Source: Oculatellaceae cyanobacterium bins.114 (GTDB lineage Bacteria > Cyanobacteriota > Cyanobacteriia > Elainellales > Elainellaceae). From it: a DNA stretch of 64,000 nt. The notes under the pieces are model-generated. The model was given only the letters and a program-made list of their open reading frames with translations, made no database searches and was not told where the DNA came from. Positions 31,040 to 43,945 of the stretch are shown piece by piece (the first letter of the stretch is position 1; each line of letters opens with the position of its first letter). The stretch is from the NCBI GenBank assembly GCA_033764315.1, contig JANRJA010000086.1, forward strand, positions 1 to 64,000. Reading direction: 5' to 3'. The position numbers and the translations under genes were made by a program.

Positions 31040-32314
31040 TCACTCTTCACCATTCCTTTTTCTCTCTTCTTTTTTCTCCTGTCTGCCTCCTCCCATCGCC
31101 TGTCCGGCCAACCACCCCGTTGTCCAGGCACTTTGAAAATTAAACCCACCCGTAATTCCATCAATATCTAAAATTTCTCCAGCAAAATACAAACCTGGGC
31201 AGAGGCGGCTTTCCATCGTCTTAAAGTCAACCTCCTTGAGCACAACCCCACCACAGGTGACAAACTCTTCTTTAAATACTCCTTTGCCCGCGATCGCATA
31301 TTGGCACTGCGTCAGCACTTGCACCAGTTGACCCAGCGTTTTTTTGGATAGATCTGCCCAGCGTTGTTCTTCACCGATCTGACAGCGATCGACTAGATAT
31401 TGCCAAAGCCGACGCGGGAGAGATATGGGTGAATACGAGGCGATCGCCTTTCGTCCATCCGTTGTTTTGACCTCGTTTAACAACTGCTCTACTTGGCTGA
31501 GAGATAACTGCGGCAGCCAATTCACCTGCAATACGGCTTGATAACGGCAGTCATGCAACACTCGCGCCCCCCAAGCTGATAAGCGCAAAATCACAGGCCC
31601 ACTCAAACCCCAATGGGTAATCAATATCGCCCCTGATTGCTCAATCGGTTTTTGATTGGGGACTAAAAATTGGGCTTGGACAGACTCCACCGCCACCCCT
31701 GCCAGTTCTCTCAACCGGGCATCCGCAACATTAAAGGTAAATAACGAGGGCACAGGCGGTTCAATCTGATGTCCTAAAGTTCTAGCAAACTCATATCCCT
31801 TAACGTTGCTGCCCGTTGCTAACAGCAGGCGATCGCCTTCAATCGACTCCCCTGATTTCAACTGCACCACAAAGGTTGTCCCAACTCGTTTAATAGCGGC
31901 TACAGTAACCCCTGTTTTGATCCTGACTCCAGCTTCTTGAGCCGCCTCTACCAAGCAATCAACGATGGTGGCAGAGTCATTTGTCACCGGAAACATCCGT
32001 CCATCAGCTTCAGTTTTGAGCCTAACTCCTCGACGTTTGAACCACTCAATCGTGTCTTTGGGCTGAAAGCGACTAAAGGCCCCTCGCAAAGCTTTGCCTC
32101 CACGCGGATAATGCTGCACTAACACCGCCGGATCAAAACAGGCATGAGTGACATTGCACCGCCCACCCCCCGAAATCCGCACCTTGGCTAATGGAGCCTG
32201 TCCCGCTTCTAGCAGCGTCACTTGAGTATGAGGATGGGCCTCCGCACAGGCGATCGCCCCAAAAAAGCCTGCCGCACCCCCTCCAATCACCAAAACGTTC
32301 AAATTGCCACTCAT
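31040..32314 (-). CDS. HI0933/BaiN-family NAD(P)/FAD-dependent oxidoreductase
   Basis: IGGGAAG, KVRISGGGRCNVT, GITGGFNFQSAW. Confidence 0.92.
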   Translation of the reverse strand: MSGNLNVLVIGGGAAGFFGAIACAEAHPHTQVTLLEAGQAPLAKVRISGGGRCNVTHACFDPAVLVQHYPRGGKALRGAFSRFQPKDTIEWFKRRGVRLKTEADGRMFPVTNDSATIVDCLVEAAQEAGVRIKTGVTVAAIKRVGTTFVVQLKSGESIEGDRLLLATGSNVKGYEFARTLGHQIEPPVPSLFTFNVADARLRELAGVAVESVQAQFLVPNQKPIEQSGAILITHWGLSGPVILRLSAWGARVLHDCRYQAVLQVNWLPQLSLSQVEQLLNEVKTTDGRKAIASYSPISLPRRLWQYLVDRCQIGEEQRWADLSKKTLGQLVQVLTQCQYAIAGKGVFKEEFVTCGGVVLKEVDFKTMESRLCPGLYFAGEILDIDGITGGFNFQSAWTTGWLAGQAMGGGRQEKKEERKRNGEE

Positions 32315-32522
32315 GTCTCAACACTAGCCCAAACCAAATCTACTTGTGGGTCGTGACTCATCCATGACAATACTTCCATGACAAGACTCAGAAATTAAAC
32401 TGCTCCTCTCGCTTAAGAGCGATACAATTTCCTAGATAAAAACTTCAATTAAACCCACAACTTCTCTGACACGCTTTAACACTCTGTGTTGTTTCCCAGT
32501 TGTTTTGAGGAGATGCATCATT

Positions 32523-32969
32523 ATGACAGTCAGAAGAACCAGACAAGCCACAACAGGTTTTATTCACGACTTTCGAGAGTTTGCCCTCAAAGGCAACGTC
32601 GTCGAATTGGCGATCGCAGTCGTTATTGGAGCCGCTTTTAGCAAGATCATCACCTCCTTCGTCGAGGACATCGTGATGCCCTTCATCAATCCCCTGGTGC
32701 CTGAAGGCAACTGGCGCGAGGCAACGATTGGCCCCGGCATCCGAATTGGGAATTTCTTTGGCTCCATCATCGATTTCATCATCATTGCCCTGGTGCTCTT
32801 TATAGCCATTCGAGTTCTTGGAAGTTGGAAGCGAAAAGAACAAGCAACCCCAGCCCCCACCGAAAAGGAATGTCCCTATTGCTTAACGCTGGTGCCGCTT
32901 GCGGCTAGCCGTTGTCGCTCCTGTACTTCAAATCTGCCGCCTGATCCCTCCCAGGCTTTTAATCGTTAA
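32523..32969 (+). CDS. mscL: Large-conductance mechanosensitive channel with C-terminal zinc ribbon
   Basis: FREFALKGNVVELAIAVVIGAAF; CPYC..CRSC tail; GAGGAG SD. Confidence 0.92.
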   Translation: MTVRRTRQATTGFIHDFREFALKGNVVELAIAVVIGAAFSKIITSFVEDIVMPFINPLVPEGNWREATIGPGIRIGNFFGSIIDFIIIALVLFIAIRVLGSWKRKEQATPAPTEKECPYCLTLVPLAASRCRSCTSNLPPDPSQAFNR

Positions 32970-33158
32970 CTAAACCTCATTTGAGTCATTGCATCTTAAG
33001 CAGAAATTAACGAAAAATTTGTTACCGCATTGAACTTCCAGGGCATACTATACCTCATGGAGCAGATAATGCGTTATGGAGCAGATAATGCGTTTTTGTG
33101 CATTGGTGCTGTTTACTACTCCAACCCTCTCATCAGCAAAACCAAGGAAAATTTGATC

Positions 33159-33533
33159 ATGGGTCTTGAGAAACTTGAACCCGCCGATGCGCGTGCTGTC
33201 AATGTTTATGCCCCCTACTACCAAGGTCGTAAACGGAACGCTCTACCCCTAGCCATTAGCCTTTATCAAAAAGGTAGTCTTGAAGGCTCACGAAAGATTG
33301 AAGGAGGAGACAGCATTCCTTTTGTCGCCAGTTGGAGCGTCTCTTCACTACCGGCTGACTTGACCCGCTGCCGGATGCAATTTGACGGCAATGCCGACTT
33401 GAGTTATGAACTCACACTGGCAAACTTTGAATATGTTGATTTTCTCATTGACGTTGTTTATACATTCAGAACATCTCGATTAGTTGACTTCTCACAAGCC
33501 TTTTACCGCAAACTCTTGCGCTTAGACGACTAA
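33159..33533 (+). CDS. ebsA: EbsA (type IV pilus/secretion-associated protein)
   Basis: VYAPYYQG.KR..LP.AI.LYQKG.LEG.RKIEGG.SIPFVASW..FY.KLL pattern. Confidence 0.8.
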   Translation: MGLEKLEPADARAVNVYAPYYQGRKRNALPLAISLYQKGSLEGSRKIEGGDSIPFVASWSVSSLPADLTRCRMQFDGNADLSYELTLANFEYVDFLIDVVYTFRTSRLVDFSQAFYRKLLRLDD

Positions 33534-33640
33534 TCCCTATCCACTAAACTTCTTACCCACCACCCCTAAAACAACCCCTCAACACAGAGCTTGTCAAATC
33601 ACGCTCTGTAATTTTTGTCGGTGCTTTTTATCGGTTTCCC

Positions 33641-33759
33641 ATAGCCATCAAAGGGTTAGTTTAAGACGGGGGCCTCCCTCCAGCTTGAGCATTCAGGTCA
33701 AGAACAGACTGGGGGCGAAGCCTCCACACCCCGTTGTCTCAACTATCTCGATAGTTACT
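33641..33759 (-). mobile_element. MITE-like repeat family A copy 2
   Basis: Reverse complement AGTAACTATCGAGATAGTTGAGACAACGGGG...CCCCCGTCTTAAACTAACCCTTTGATGGCTAT matches copies 1 and 3. Confidence 0.65.
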
Positions 33760-33850
33760 CGACAATGTACGACTAATGTCCTGTCCGAACAAAATTTAGT
33801 CCCAAAATAACGCCATAATAAATGGTTTGTTGTTTCGCAAAGTAATGGTC

Positions 33851-35056
33851 ATGGGGCGCGCTGAACGAGTTGTGTTGGCATATTCGGGTGGGGTCGATAC
33901 CTCCGTCTGTATTCCTTACCTAAAGCACGAATGGGGCGTAAAAGAGGTCATCACACTAGCGGCTGATTTAGGTCAGGGAGATGAACTCGAACCGATTCGT
34001 GAGAAAGCGTTGAAGTCAGGTGCAGAAAAATCTCTGATTGCAGATGCTACTGAGGGGTTTGTTAAAGATTATGCGTTTCCGGCAATTCAAGCGAACGCTT
34101 TGTATGAAAATCGCTATCCCCTCTCTACGGCTTTAGCCCGTCCCCTCATTGCTAAATTGCTGGTCGAGGCGGCAGCAGAATATGGTGCAGATGCTGTGGC
34201 TCATGGTTGCACAGGCAAAGGTAATGATCAGGTCCGATTTGATGTATCGATCGCCGCTCTAAACCCTAGCTTGAAGGTGCTTGCTCCGGCTCGTGAGTGG
34301 GGGATGAGTCGAGAAGAAACCATCGCCTATGGAGAACGCTACGGTATTCCTTCTCCTGTCAAAAAATCTTCACCCTATAGCATCGATCGCAACTTGCTAG
34401 GTCGCAGCATCGAGGCGGGTCCTTTGGAAGATCCCTGGACGGAGCCGCTCGAAGAAATTTATGCCCTGACTCAGGCGATCGCCAACACTCCTGACGAGCC
34501 AGAGTATGTCGAAATTGGTTTTGAGCGAGGCATTCCAACAACGCTCAACGACACAGACCTAGCTCCAGTCGCCCTGATCACCCAACTCAACGACCTGGTT
34601 GGCAAGCATGGCGTTGGACGCATCGATATGCTCGAAAATCGTCTGGTGGGGATTAAATCTCGTGAAATTTATGAGGCACCTGCGCTGTTAGTGCTAATTC
34701 AAGCGCACCGTGATTTAGAGAGCTTGACTCTGACGGCTGATGTCAGCCACTACAAACGGGGTATCGAAGAAACCTACTCTCAACTGGTTTATAACGGGCT
34801 GTGGTATAGCCCTTTGAAAGCCGCACTAGATGCATTTGTTATCCAAACACAAGAGCGGGTATCTGGAATAGTCCGAGTGAAATTGTTTAAGGGCACCGCC
34901 ACAATTGTCGGACGCAAATCTACCAAATCTCTCTATAGCCCTGACCTGGCAACCTATGGTGCTGATGATCAATTCGATCACAAAGCCGCCGAAGGATTCA
35001 TTTATGTCTGGGGTCTACCCACGCGCGTTTGGTCAGAAAAACTGAGGGGAGCGTGA
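33851..35056 (+). CDS. argG: Argininosuccinate synthase
   Basis: [36 protein letters not shown]. Confidence 0.97.
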   Translation: MGRAERVVLAYSGGVDTSVCIPYLKHEWGVKEVITLAADLGQGDELEPIREKALKSGAEKSLIADATEGFVKDYAFPAIQANALYENRYPLSTALARPLIAKLLVEAAAEYGADAVAHGCTGKGNDQVRFDVSIAALNPSLKVLAPAREWGMSREETIAYGERYGIPSPVKKSSPYSIDRNLLGRSIEAGPLEDPWTEPLEEIYALTQAIANTPDEPEYVEIGFERGIPTTLNDTDLAPVALITQLNDLVGKHGVGRIDMLENRLVGIKSREIYEAPALLVLIQAHRDLESLTLTADVSHYKRGIEETYSQLVYNGLWYSPLKAALDAFVIQTQERVSGIVRVKLFKGTATIVGRKSTKSLYSPDLATYGADDQFDHKAAEGFIYVWGLPTRVWSEKLRGA

Positions 35057-35262
35057 AGGATAAGGGATAAGGGATGAACGATGAAACATGAAGGATAAAA
35101 AATAAAGCGTGAAGACTAGACAGGCGGATGGGATCATGCAATTCAGTTGCCTGCTCTTCCCCTCCTATGCTCTTACTCCCTTTTAGCCTTTGTCCTTCAT
35201 CCTTGATCTTTTCCCTGGCTAACCTCACTCCCTTTTAGCCTTTATCCTTCATCCTTTATCCT
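35054..35262. repeat. STRR-like heptamer tandem repeats in inverted arrangement
   Basis: TGAAGGA TAAGGGA TAAGGGA TGAACGA ... followed by two complementary blocks ACTCCCTTTTAGCCTTT.TCCTTCATCCTT (35175, 35227). Confidence 0.7.
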
Positions 35263-35334
35263 GATTAATATCACTATCTCTCTTCATAAGGGAGTAAGAT
35301 TTTAGGTTGAACTATTAAGCAGAACTGAACCCCA

Positions 35335-36318
35335 ATGGCAGAAACCCTCCTGTACAACGCGCTGCGTGAGGCGATCGACGAAGAGATGGCGCGAGATCCC
35401 TCCGTCTTTGTTTTAGGCGAAGATGTAGGGCATTATGGCGGCTCCTATAAAGCCACAAAAGATTTGTATAAGAAGTACGGAGACCTCCGACTACTCGACA
35501 CTCCTATTGCTGAAAATAGCTTTACAGGCATGGCAGTGGGGGCAGCAATGACGGGGTTGCGCCCTATTGTCGAAGGCATGAACATGGGCTTTTTGTTGTT
35601 GGCGTTTAACCAAATTGCTAACAATGCTGGGATGTTGCGCTACACCTCTGGAGGCAACTTCAAAATTCCTATGGTGATTCGAGGGCCAGGTGGCGTAGGG
35701 CGGCAATTAGGGGCAGAGCACTCTCAACGGTTAGAAGCTTATTTCCAGGGGGTTCCTGGGTTGAAGCTAGTGGCCTGTTCTACTCCCTACAACGCTAAGG
35801 GGCTTCTTAAAGCAGCAATTCGTGATGACAACCCTGTCCTCTTTTTTGAGCACGTTCTACTGTATAACTTGAAGGAAGATCTGCCAGAGGGCGAATATGT
35901 ATTGCCTTTAGATAAAGCAGAGGTTGTGCGCACAGGAGCAGATGTGACGATTCTCACCTACTCCCGGATGCGTCATCACGTCACACAAGCGGTCAAAACC
36001 CTTGAAAAAGAAGGGTATGATCCTGAAGTCATCGACTTGATTTCTTTGAAACCACTTGATTTTGATACGATTGGAGCTTCTATTCGCAAAACCCACAAGG
36101 TCATTATTGTGGAGGAGTGTATGAAGTCAGGTGGAATTGGGGCAGAACTGAGTGCCTCAATTAGCGATCGCCTGTTTGATGAGTTAGATGCTCCGGTTTT
36201 GCGGCTTGCTTCGCAAGATATTCCGACTCCTTACAATGGCATGTTAGAAAACCTAACCATTGTGCAACCGGCTCAGATTGTAGAAGCTGTTCAAAAAATG
36301 GTGGCTCTGCGAGTTTAA
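35335..36318 (+). CDS. pdhB: Pyruvate dehydrogenase E1 beta subunit
   Basis: [25 protein letters not shown]. Confidence 0.97.
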   Translation: MAETLLYNALREAIDEEMARDPSVFVLGEDVGHYGGSYKATKDLYKKYGDLRLLDTPIAENSFTGMAVGAAMTGLRPIVEGMNMGFLLLAFNQIANNAGMLRYTSGGNFKIPMVIRGPGGVGRQLGAEHSQRLEAYFQGVPGLKLVACSTPYNAKGLLKAAIRDDNPVLFFEHVLLYNLKEDLPEGEYVLPLDKAEVVRTGADVTILTYSRMRHHVTQAVKTLEKEGYDPEVIDLISLKPLDFDTIGASIRKTHKVIIVEECMKSGGIGAELSASISDRLFDELDAPVLRLASQDIPTPYNGMLENLTIVQPAQIVEAVQKMVALRV

Positions 36319-36397
36319 GACACAAGTTTAAGGTTGGGCGATCGCACCTTCGATGCTACAAGTATAATTTTTCTTGTAGTATAGTCACTCGATTGCA

Positions 36398-37570
36398 ATG
36401 AATGCCTCATTCAGCTATGAAACGCTTACCTCCTCCCAGGAAGAGGATGAGTTCTCACGACTACTCAGTCTATGCTTTAACAGCCTGGGTGAGTCTCTTT
36501 ATATGAAACGGGTTGGCTCCCAAAACTTTCGCGTGATGCGTCAGGGGGGTCAACTCATGGGTGGATTAGCTATTTTGCGGATGGGGCAGTGGTATGGGGG
36601 GCAGTGCGTGCCGATGGCAGGTATCGCTGCTGTTGGGGTTGCCCCAGAATATCGTGGCTCAGGAGTCGCGATCGCTCTAATGCAAAAAACCTTGAGTGAA
36701 CTGCGAGAACAGGGCATTCCGTTGTCGGTGCTTTATCCAGCCACACAACGACTCTACCGCAAAGCCGGATATGAACAAGGGGGATCGCTGTGTACTTGGG
36801 AAGTGAGTACACAAGCTATTCACTTGAGCGATCGCTCTTTGCCTGTTCACTCCATCACTCCATCGGTTGAAGTGTTAGAGCCGCTTTATCGCCAAAAAGC
36901 ACAGACTTACAACGGTCACTTAGACCGCCATGCCGCTCTCTGGAAAGACTTAACCAACACTGAAGTCAAGGAGGCGATCGCCTCTACTTATCTGTTTGGA
37001 GACATTAATCACCCAGAAGGGTATGCCATCTTTCATCAAGTCCGAGTTAATAACAGTAATCGACTCATTATTAAAGATTGGGTCCTGCTAACTCCAGCAT
37101 CTGTTCAACGATTTTGGTCATTTTTAGCCGATCATCGAACTCAGATTGATCACATTCAATGGCGTAGTTCAATGGTTGATCCTCTAACATTATTGCTACC
37201 CGAACAATCGGCCGATCTAGTCGAGACAGAACGCTGGATGGTGCGAATTATTGATGTCAGCAAAGCATTAGAAAAAAGAGGATATCCGGCTGATTTGCAA
37301 GCTGAATTGCACCTAGAGATCCAAGATGATTTATTCCTGCAAAACACGGGTAAATTTGTCTTAACTGTAGCCAATGGTAAAAGCGAAGTTGCAACAAGTG
37401 GAAACGGTGATTTAAAGCTCACTATACGAGCTTTATCTTCTCTCTATAGTGGGTTATTTACACCTCAAGAACTGAAATTAATGGGGCAATTAGAGGCAAC
37501 CGAAAGTGCCCTTAAAACAGCTGCTCATCTGTTTAACAGTCACGCTCCCTGGATCTCTGATTTCTTTTAA
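36398..37570 (+). CDS. Eis-like GNAT acetyltransferase with SCP2-like C-terminus
   Basis: VGVAPEYRGSG, LYPAT..LYRKAGYE, M.RIIDV..AL..RGY. Confidence 0.85.
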   Translation: MNASFSYETLTSSQEEDEFSRLLSLCFNSLGESLYMKRVGSQNFRVMRQGGQLMGGLAILRMGQWYGGQCVPMAGIAAVGVAPEYRGSGVAIALMQKTLSELREQGIPLSVLYPATQRLYRKAGYEQGGSLCTWEVSTQAIHLSDRSLPVHSITPSVEVLEPLYRQKAQTYNGHLDRHAALWKDLTNTEVKEAIASTYLFGDINHPEGYAIFHQVRVNNSNRLIIKDWVLLTPASVQRFWSFLADHRTQIDHIQWRSSMVDPLTLLLPEQSADLVETERWMVRIIDVSKALEKRGYPADLQAELHLEIQDDLFLQNTGKFVLTVANGKSEVATSGNGDLKLTIRALSSLYSGLFTPQELKLMGQLEATESALKTAAHLFNSHAPWISDFF

Positions 37571-37698
37571 GTTCGATTGCTATTCTTGCCCTCTTTCAAT
37601 TGATGGATTCTCAGGTTAATGCTTGAGAACGAGGGAGTTAATGGCAGTCGTTTGTACGCTGGGTTTCATACACGTTGATCAATAATGGAACTGGCATC

Positions 37699-38229
37699 AT
37701 GGCTAAACAAGAGACCAAGAGCAAGCAAAGCGGTGAAGACAAAGAAAAGCAACATGAAACTGCTCACAAAACTAGCAAGCCTGCCCATCAAGATGAAGAT
37801 CAGCACAGCCAGACTAAGTCTGCTAAAGCAGAGAATCATGCTGAGACTCACGATGACCTCAACGAAGGGGAAGAACTGGATACTCTGTTAGAAACCTTCG
37901 AGGACAATGATCTGACTGCGATCGGTTTGGATGCGGCTACAGGCGTCGTTGATGAGTGGTATGACGTCTTGCACAAGTCTAAAGAGCCAGAACTGAAGGA
38001 AATTGGGAACAGTCTCAAACACCTGAAGAAATTGTTGACCGCTAAAAAGACAAAGGGAGAAGATTTGGTTGAGGTTTTGAACCAGTTGAGCGAACAAACC
38101 GAAAGCTTTGCAAATAACGCTGAGCGGGGTTATAAAACCAAGCTCCATAAACTAGGCAAAGCTCTCAGCAAGGCTGGTTCTTTTATCGAAAAGGAGCTAA
38201 AGAGAGATGACAAGGATCAGGACAAGTAG
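37699..38229 (+). CDS. Hypothetical hydrophilic helical protein
   Basis: Open frame followed by a hairpin; charged, His-rich N-terminus. Confidence 0.7.
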   Translation: MAKQETKSKQSGEDKEKQHETAHKTSKPAHQDEDQHSQTKSAKAENHAETHDDLNEGEELDTLLETFEDNDLTAIGLDAATGVVDEWYDVLHKSKEPELKEIGNSLKHLKKLLTAKKTKGEDLVEVLNQLSEQTESFANNAERGYKTKLHKLGKALSKAGSFIEKELKRDDKDQDK

Positions 38230-38300
38230 TTTTTACAAACTGCTCATCACTTCTCTTTTACTGAAAACAAAGCTGTTTTACTAAAGGCTCCATCAAGACA

Positions 38301-38332
38301 AAATCCCCGAAATTTCTAAATTTCGGGGATTT
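38301..38332. terminator. Palindromic hairpin / terminator
   Basis: AAATCCCCGAAATTT-CT-AAATTTCGGGGATTT. Confidence 0.65.
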
Positions 38333-38379
38333 ATTGCATTAAAGCTTGAACATGACCAGTCTTTGTAGCAACTGATTTG

Positions 38380-38479
38380 TAGCAACTGAAGAGTTGGTTA
38401 GGACGGGGTGCAGGGGTTTTATCCCTAGATGAGGCGAAGTCCCTCACACCCTCTTGTATCACCTGTCTTAACAGTTACT
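38380..38479 (-). mobile_element. MITE-like repeat family A copy 3
   Basis: TAGCAACTG ... CAGTTACT short inverted ends; GGACGGGGTGCAGGGG core shared with copy 1. Confidence 0.7.
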
Positions 38480-38559
38480 TTAGTTGGAGTTTTGGCGTGA
38501 AGGCTGTGCGGTTAAGCCTTGCTCTCTTAACGCTCTCAACACTGATTCATATAAAAGCT

Positions 38560-41500
38560 CTATTGAGCTGGGGTCAAGACTTTTTCTTCAGCATCACTGG
38601 TTTCAGGGCTATTTGCCTCTGAGGGTGGCACTACTTGCCAAAACTGGGGCAAATAGGTTGACCAATTCTCTAAAATTTGCTGCGCTCGTTGGCTGCCTGT
38701 GTGCTCTAGGTGCGCCTCAATTAACGATTTAAGCCGCTCTTCCCCAGCAGGAGTGCTAATTCGTTGAATCTTGACAATTTCTGGGTTGACCTTAGAGGGG
38801 AAACTGCCATCTTCATCTAAAAAGTAAGCTAATCCACCCGTCATGCCTGCGCCCACGTTACGTCCTGACTTGCCTAGTACGACAATGACACCCCCTGTCA
38901 TGTATTCACAGCAGTGGTCGCCCGTTCCCTCAATCACCGCCTGGGCTTTTGAGTTTCTGACAGCAAAGCGTTCTCCAGCTTGACCATTAGCAAACAGGAA
39001 TCCGCCTGTCGCCCCATATAAACAGGTGTTGCCGATGATGACGTTGTCAGCTGGATTATAGGTGGCGATCGCCAATGGTTTGATGACAATCTCGCCGCCA
39101 TGCATGCCTTTGCCCACATAGTCGTTTGCCTCACCCTCTAGGTTTAAGGTCATCCCTGGTAAGTTAAAAGCACCAAAGCTTTGACCCACGCTGCCTTGAA
39201 AGTTGAGCGTGATTTGTCCTTCAAAGCCTGTGTCACCATACTGCTTTGCGATGACTCCAGCCAGTCTGGCTCCCACCGTGCGATCGGTGTTAACCACCGT
39301 CACCTGATGGTTGACTATGCCCTGTTGCTGAATGGCCGCTTGAATCTCAGGCTCACTCAGAAGTTGGTCATCCAGCACAAAGCCATTAGAATGAACCGTT
39401 TCATGATTGAGCCAACTGCGATCGTCGCGAGTGTCAGGTAGTTTAGTGAGACAGTCTAAATTGAGGGATTGGGTTTTGGTTAACTTCACCTGGTCGCGTA
39501 CTTTTAACAAATCAGCCCGACCAATGATCTCATTGAGTGAGCGATAACCCAAACGAGCTAATAGCGATCGCACCTCTTCTGCCACAAAGTAGAAGAAGTT
39601 GACGACATGCTCTGGAGTTCCGGTAAAACGTTGACGTAACTTTTCTTGCTGGGTCGCAACACCCACTGGGCAGTTATTCGTATGACAAATTCGTGCCATG
39701 ATGCAGCCTTCAGCAATCATTGACACCGAGCCAAAGCCATACTCTTCAGCCCCCATCAACGCCGCGATCAGCACATCCCATCCGGTCTTAAAGCCTCCGT
39801 CTGCCCGCAACAAGACGCGATCGCGCAAGCGGTTCTCCATCAACACCCGATGCACTTCGGTTAAACCCAGTTCCCAGGGCACCCCAGCATGTTTAATCGA
39901 ACTGAGAGGAGAGGCACCCGTACCTCCGTCATGACCTGAAATTTGAATGATATCGGCATTTGCTTTGGCTACCCCAGCCGCAACAGTCCCAATACCCACT
40001 TCTGCCACAAGTTTGACCGACACCTGGGCCACAGGATTAATCTGGTGCAAATCAAAAATCAGTTGAGCCAGGTCTTCGATCGAGTAGATGTCATGGTGTG
40101 GCGGCGGCGAGATCAACGACACTCCGGGCTTAGAGCGACGCAACATCGCAATATAGGGACTTACCTTTTTACCAGGAAGTTGTCCCCCTTCACCAGGTTT
40201 TGCACCTTGAGCCACTTTGATTTCGAGTTGCCGAGCACTCAGCAAATATTCTGGGGTGACACCAAAGCGACCCGACGCCACTTGCTTGATCGCAGAGCTA
40301 GCTGTGTCGCCATTGCGCAATCCCTTTAAGTGAGGAAAGAGCAGAGAATGTCCTGTGGGATCGACATCATCTAGCACTTGATAGCGAGTCGGATCTTCGC
40401 CCCCTTCGCCACAGTTTGATTTGCCACCCAATCGGTTCATAGCGATCGCCAGTGTCTCATGCGCTTCTCGTGAGAGTGACCCCAACGACATCGCCCCCGT
40501 ACAAAAGCGTTTAACGATCTCCTCAATGGGTTCGACTTCCTCAATCGGAACAGCGGGGCGATCGCCCTGAAAGTCCAACAAATCTCGCAAGGCAGTCACT
40601 GGACGATGCTCTAACTGACTCTTGTAAACCTCGTAGTGGTCATAGCTCTTACTAGCAACCGCCTTGTGGAGAGCTTTTGCCATTTCGGGGCTATTCATGT
40701 GATATTCGCCCCCCGGCTTGTAGTTAAAGAAGCCATAGTTTTCTAGCTTTTTGCTGGTCAACTCTGGAAAAGCCCGTCCGTGGAAGGTGAGCACCTCTTG
40801 AGCCAGATCGGCCACACTAAGACCACCCAAACGCGAAGCCGTTCCAGTAAACCCTAAATGGAGCAGGTCTGCTCCAACGCCGATTGCTTCAAAGATTTGA
40901 GCACCGTGATAGCTCGACAACAGCGAGATGCCCATCTTCGAGAGAATTTTTAGCAACCCATACTCCAACGCTTTGCGATAGTTGCGTTGCGCTCCACTGA
41001 GAGTCGTCGCAGGAATCTTGCCCCGCTCCATAAAACTTTGGGTTTTGGAGTCAGACCACCAATGGCGCACCGTCTCCCACGCCAAATAAGGGCAAACTGC
41101 ACTGGCCCCATAGCCAATCAAACACGCCACATGGTGAGTGCTCCAACATTGAGCTGTGTCAACCACCAGAGAAGCTTTCATGCGCAACCCCTGACGAATC
41201 AGGTGATGGTGAACGGCACCCACCGCCAACAAGGGAGGAATGTAACTGGAGTTAGCACTCAGTGTAGTCGCTTCGCCAGCTTGATTGAGGCGATCGCTCA
41301 AGACTAAAATCTTTTTGCCTGCCCGCACCACCGCCATTGCTTGCTGACATAGAGCTGTCACGGCTCGGCGCAACCCCTCTGGCCCATCAGCAATCTCAAA
41401 CAAGGTAGATAGCGTCGTCGTCTCAAACCCAGACCGATGAATTTGATCTAGCTCAGTCTCACTCACCACAGGAGAATCAAGCTTTAGCAAACGGGCATAG

Positions 41501-43236
41501 TCTGGCTTTGTCTCCAGCAAATTGCCCCGTTCCCCCAGTTGCACCGTCAATGACATCACCAATTTCTCCCGCAGGGGGTCAATCGGTGGATTTGTCACCT
41601 GAGCAAACCGTTGCTTGAAATAGTCGTAGAGTAACCGAGGCTTATCAGACAACACCGCCAGAGGAATATCGTCACCCATACAGAAGGTTGGCTCACCCCC
41701 TTGAGCTGCCATTTCCTCAATCACCATCTCAACATCTTCCGTGTTGTAGCCAAAGGCAATTTGATGGCGTAGCAATGTGGTTGCATCCATCTGAGTCGAT
41801 TCGAGGAAAGGCTGAGCCTCCAATTCAACCCGATTGTGCTGCAACCATTCTCCATAAGGATGCCGACTGGCAATGCGCTGCTTGATCTGCCAATTTTTGA
41901 GAATTTCGTGGCTTTCTAAATCAACAGCAATGGTTTGTCCGGGCCCTAAGCGACCTTTTTCCACAATCTCTGCTTCGGGTAGGTCAACGACACCTGCCTC
42001 TGACGACACCACCACAAACCCATCTTGAGTAATGCTATAGCGAGCAGGGCGCAGGCCATTTCGATCGAGGGTCGCTCCTACTTTTTTACCATCGCTGTAA
42101 ATCAGTAATGCCGGACCATCCCAGGGTTCCTGAATGCCACTGTAGAATTCGTAGAAATCGGTAATTTCAGGATAGTCTGCTAGATCGGGCTGGTTTTTGT
42201 AGGCTTCTGGCACCATGATCATGATCGACTCTAACGGAGTGCGACCCGACCGGACGAGCAGTTCAAAGGAGTTATCCAAATTGGCAGAATCGCTGTTTTC
42301 TGAATTAACGATCGGTTTTAGTTCTGCTAAGCGATCGCCCCAACAGGAGTGCTCCAAATCAGCTTCTCGTGCCATCATCCAGTTGATATTGCCCAACAGA
42401 GTGTTAATTTCTCCGTTGTGCCCCAACAGGCGCATCGGCTGAGCTAAAGACCAGCGAGGCATTGTGTTAGTGCTAAAGCGGCGATGATAGATCGCAAAGG
42501 CACTCTGATATGCCGAATTTTGCAAGTCTAGATAAAACTCACCCAACACAGCCGATCGCACCATGCCCTTATACACAATGGTGCGACTAGAGAAAGAACA
42601 CACGTAAAACTCACGCAATTGCTCAGCTGTTTCAGAAGATGCATTTCCAGCGGCGATCGCCACTGACTTCTCAGCCTGTTTACGCACTAAAAACAGCAGC
42701 CGCTCCAACTCATCGCCGCTAACTGCATCCGACTTCACCACAACCTGCTCGATTTGAGGCAAATTTTCGCGTGCCTGTGGCCCTAATGTCTCTGGCTTAA
42801 CCGGGACAACACGCCACCCCAGCACCGTCAAACTAGCCGCTTCAATGGCTTGATTAAACAATTGACGAGCGATCGCTGCCGCCGCTTCTGATTGTGGCAA
42901 AAATACCATCCCCACTCCAACGTGAGCGGGGTGAGCCATTCCTTGAGCACTCAACCATTCACTCAACAATTCCCAAGGCAAAGCCGTCATCAATCCGGCT
43001 CCATCCCCCGACTCCTGATCAGCACTACAGGCTCCCCGATGCTCCAAACATGTCAAAGCCGATAGGGCTTTTGCAACCAGCATGTGACTAGCACGACCCT
43101 GCTGATCGGCGATAAAACCAACGCCACAAGCATCTCGCTCTTCCACTAGCCAACGCTGCCCTGCAAACCCTACCACTCCCTGATTCATCAGTGTAGACTG
43201 AGTCACATTTGTATCACCCATATCAATTTGTTTCAC
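38560..43236 (-). CDS. glsF: Ferredoxin-dependent glutamate synthase
   Basis: ERDACGVGF amidotransferase N-terminus, [25 protein letters not shown]; no adjacent gltD; start may be 43221 or 43188. Confidence 0.92.
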   Translation of the reverse strand: MKQIDMGDTNVTQSTLMNQGVVGFAGQRWLVEERDACGVGFIADQQGRASHMLVAKALSALTCLEHRGACSADQESGDGAGLMTALPWELLSEWLSAQGMAHPAHVGVGMVFLPQSEAAAAIARQLFNQAIEAASLTVLGWRVVPVKPETLGPQARENLPQIEQVVVKSDAVSGDELERLLFLVRKQAEKSVAIAAGNASSETAEQLREFYVCSFSSRTIVYKGMVRSAVLGEFYLDLQNSAYQSAFAIYHRRFSTNTMPRWSLAQPMRLLGHNGEINTLLGNINWMMAREADLEHSCWGDRLAELKPIVNSENSDSANLDNSFELLVRSGRTPLESIMIMVPEAYKNQPDLADYPEITDFYEFYSGIQEPWDGPALLIYSDGKKVGATLDRNGLRPARYSITQDGFVVVSSEAGVVDLPEAEIVEKGRLGPGQTIAVDLESHEILKNWQIKQRIASRHPYGEWLQHNRVELEAQPFLESTQMDATTLLRHQIAFGYNTEDVEMVIEEMAAQGGEPTFCMGDDIPLAVLSDKPRLLYDYFKQRFAQVTNPPIDPLREKLVMSLTVQLGERGNLLETKPDYARLLKLDSPVVSETELDQIHRSGFETTTLSTLFEIADGPEGLRRAVTALCQQAMAVVRAGKKILVLSDRLNQAGEATTLSANSSYIPPLLAVGAVHHHLIRQGLRMKASLVVDTAQCWSTHHVACLIGYGASAVCPYLAWETVRHWWSDSKTQSFMERGKIPATTLSGAQRNYRKALEYGLLKILSKMGISLLSSYHGAQIFEAIGVGADLLHLGFTGTASRLGGLSVADLAQEVLTFHGRAFPELTSKKLENYGFFNYKPGGEYHMNSPEMAKALHKAVASKSYDHYEVYKSQLEHRPVTALRDLLDFQGDRPAVPIEEVEPIEEIVKRFCTGAMSLGSLSREAHETLAIAMNRLGGKSNCGEGGEDPTRYQVLDDVDPTGHSLLFPHLKGLRNGDTASSAIKQVASGRFGVTPEYLLSARQLEIKVAQGAKPGEGGQLPGKKVSPYIAMLRRSKPGVSLISPPPHHDIYSIEDLAQLIFDLHQINPVAQVSVKLVAEVGIGTVAAGVAKANADIIQISGHDGGTGASPLSSIKHAGVPWELGLTEVHRVLMENRLRDRVLLRADGGFKTGWDVLIAALMGAEEYGFGSVSMIAEGCIMARICHTNNCPVGVATQQEKLRQRFTGTPEHVVNFFYFVAEEVRSLLARLGYRSLNEIIGRADLLKVRDQVKLTKTQSLNLDCLTKLPDTRDDRSWLNHETVHSNGFVLDDQLLSEPEIQAAIQQQGIVNHQVTVVNTDRTVGARLAGVIAKQYGDTGFEGQITLNFQGSVGQSFGAFNLPGMTLNLEGEANDYVGKGMHGGEIVIKPLAIATYNPADNVIIGNTCLYGATGGFLFANGQAGERFAVRNSKAQAVIEGTGDHCCEYMTGGVIVVLGKSGRNVGAGMTGGLAYFLDEDGSFPSKVNPEIVKIQRISTPAGEERLKSLIEAHLEHTGSQRAQQILENWSTYLPQFWQVVPPSEANSPETSDAEEKVLTPAQ

Positions 43237-43945
43237 CTATTGCATTTGTAATGCCGAATGACGACCCAAGAATTTCATATTGCCGAACGACCCCTGTCAT
43301 CAACAACAGTAGAAGGGAAAACTATCGGTAAAGAGACAAATACATCACAATTTGACCAAGAGGGATGTAAATAACTCACCGACACTGCTGTTGGTGCCAT
43401 TCGTTGAAATGGCACCCAGATCTAAGTTATGAGCTAAAGAGGGCATTTGCAGATGACACACTTAAAGCGAGATGAAGCTGTTTCAATCGGCTTGCATCGT
43501 TGCATCTAAGATTTAGAGTTCAAATCTTATAAAAAGTGATACATCTTTGCAATCCCTAACACAGGGACTGCCTGCACCATCTAACACCAAAGATACAGAC
43601 CAAAGGACTTTTGGAGTTCTGAGGCAACTCTGCGCTCTATAGGTTTTGAATTCACGTCCTAATAAGTTCAGTGTTTAACCTCACTTCATTCATTATGAAA
43701 CCAAATTTCAGGGTTGAGATCTATCGGTTTTTCTCACTCCAGTTATGAAATTTATTTCTTTTTCCTGGAGGTTGAGTCTTATGAGTCAATGTTGAATATA
43801 GATAAACAGCGATCGCCGTCTTAACAATTTGTGAATCATCAGTGGCAACATTTTCTGACTTGAGAGATTCTGTATACAACATCCGTCTGCTCATTTTGCT
43901 CAACGAGATAGGCTAGACCTGCAACTACACTCTCCAACAACTCCG

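Noticed and set aside
35054..35262. Repeats after argG as a possible CRISPR array or sRNA
   Set aside because: Degenerate 7-mer STRR-type units without spacers
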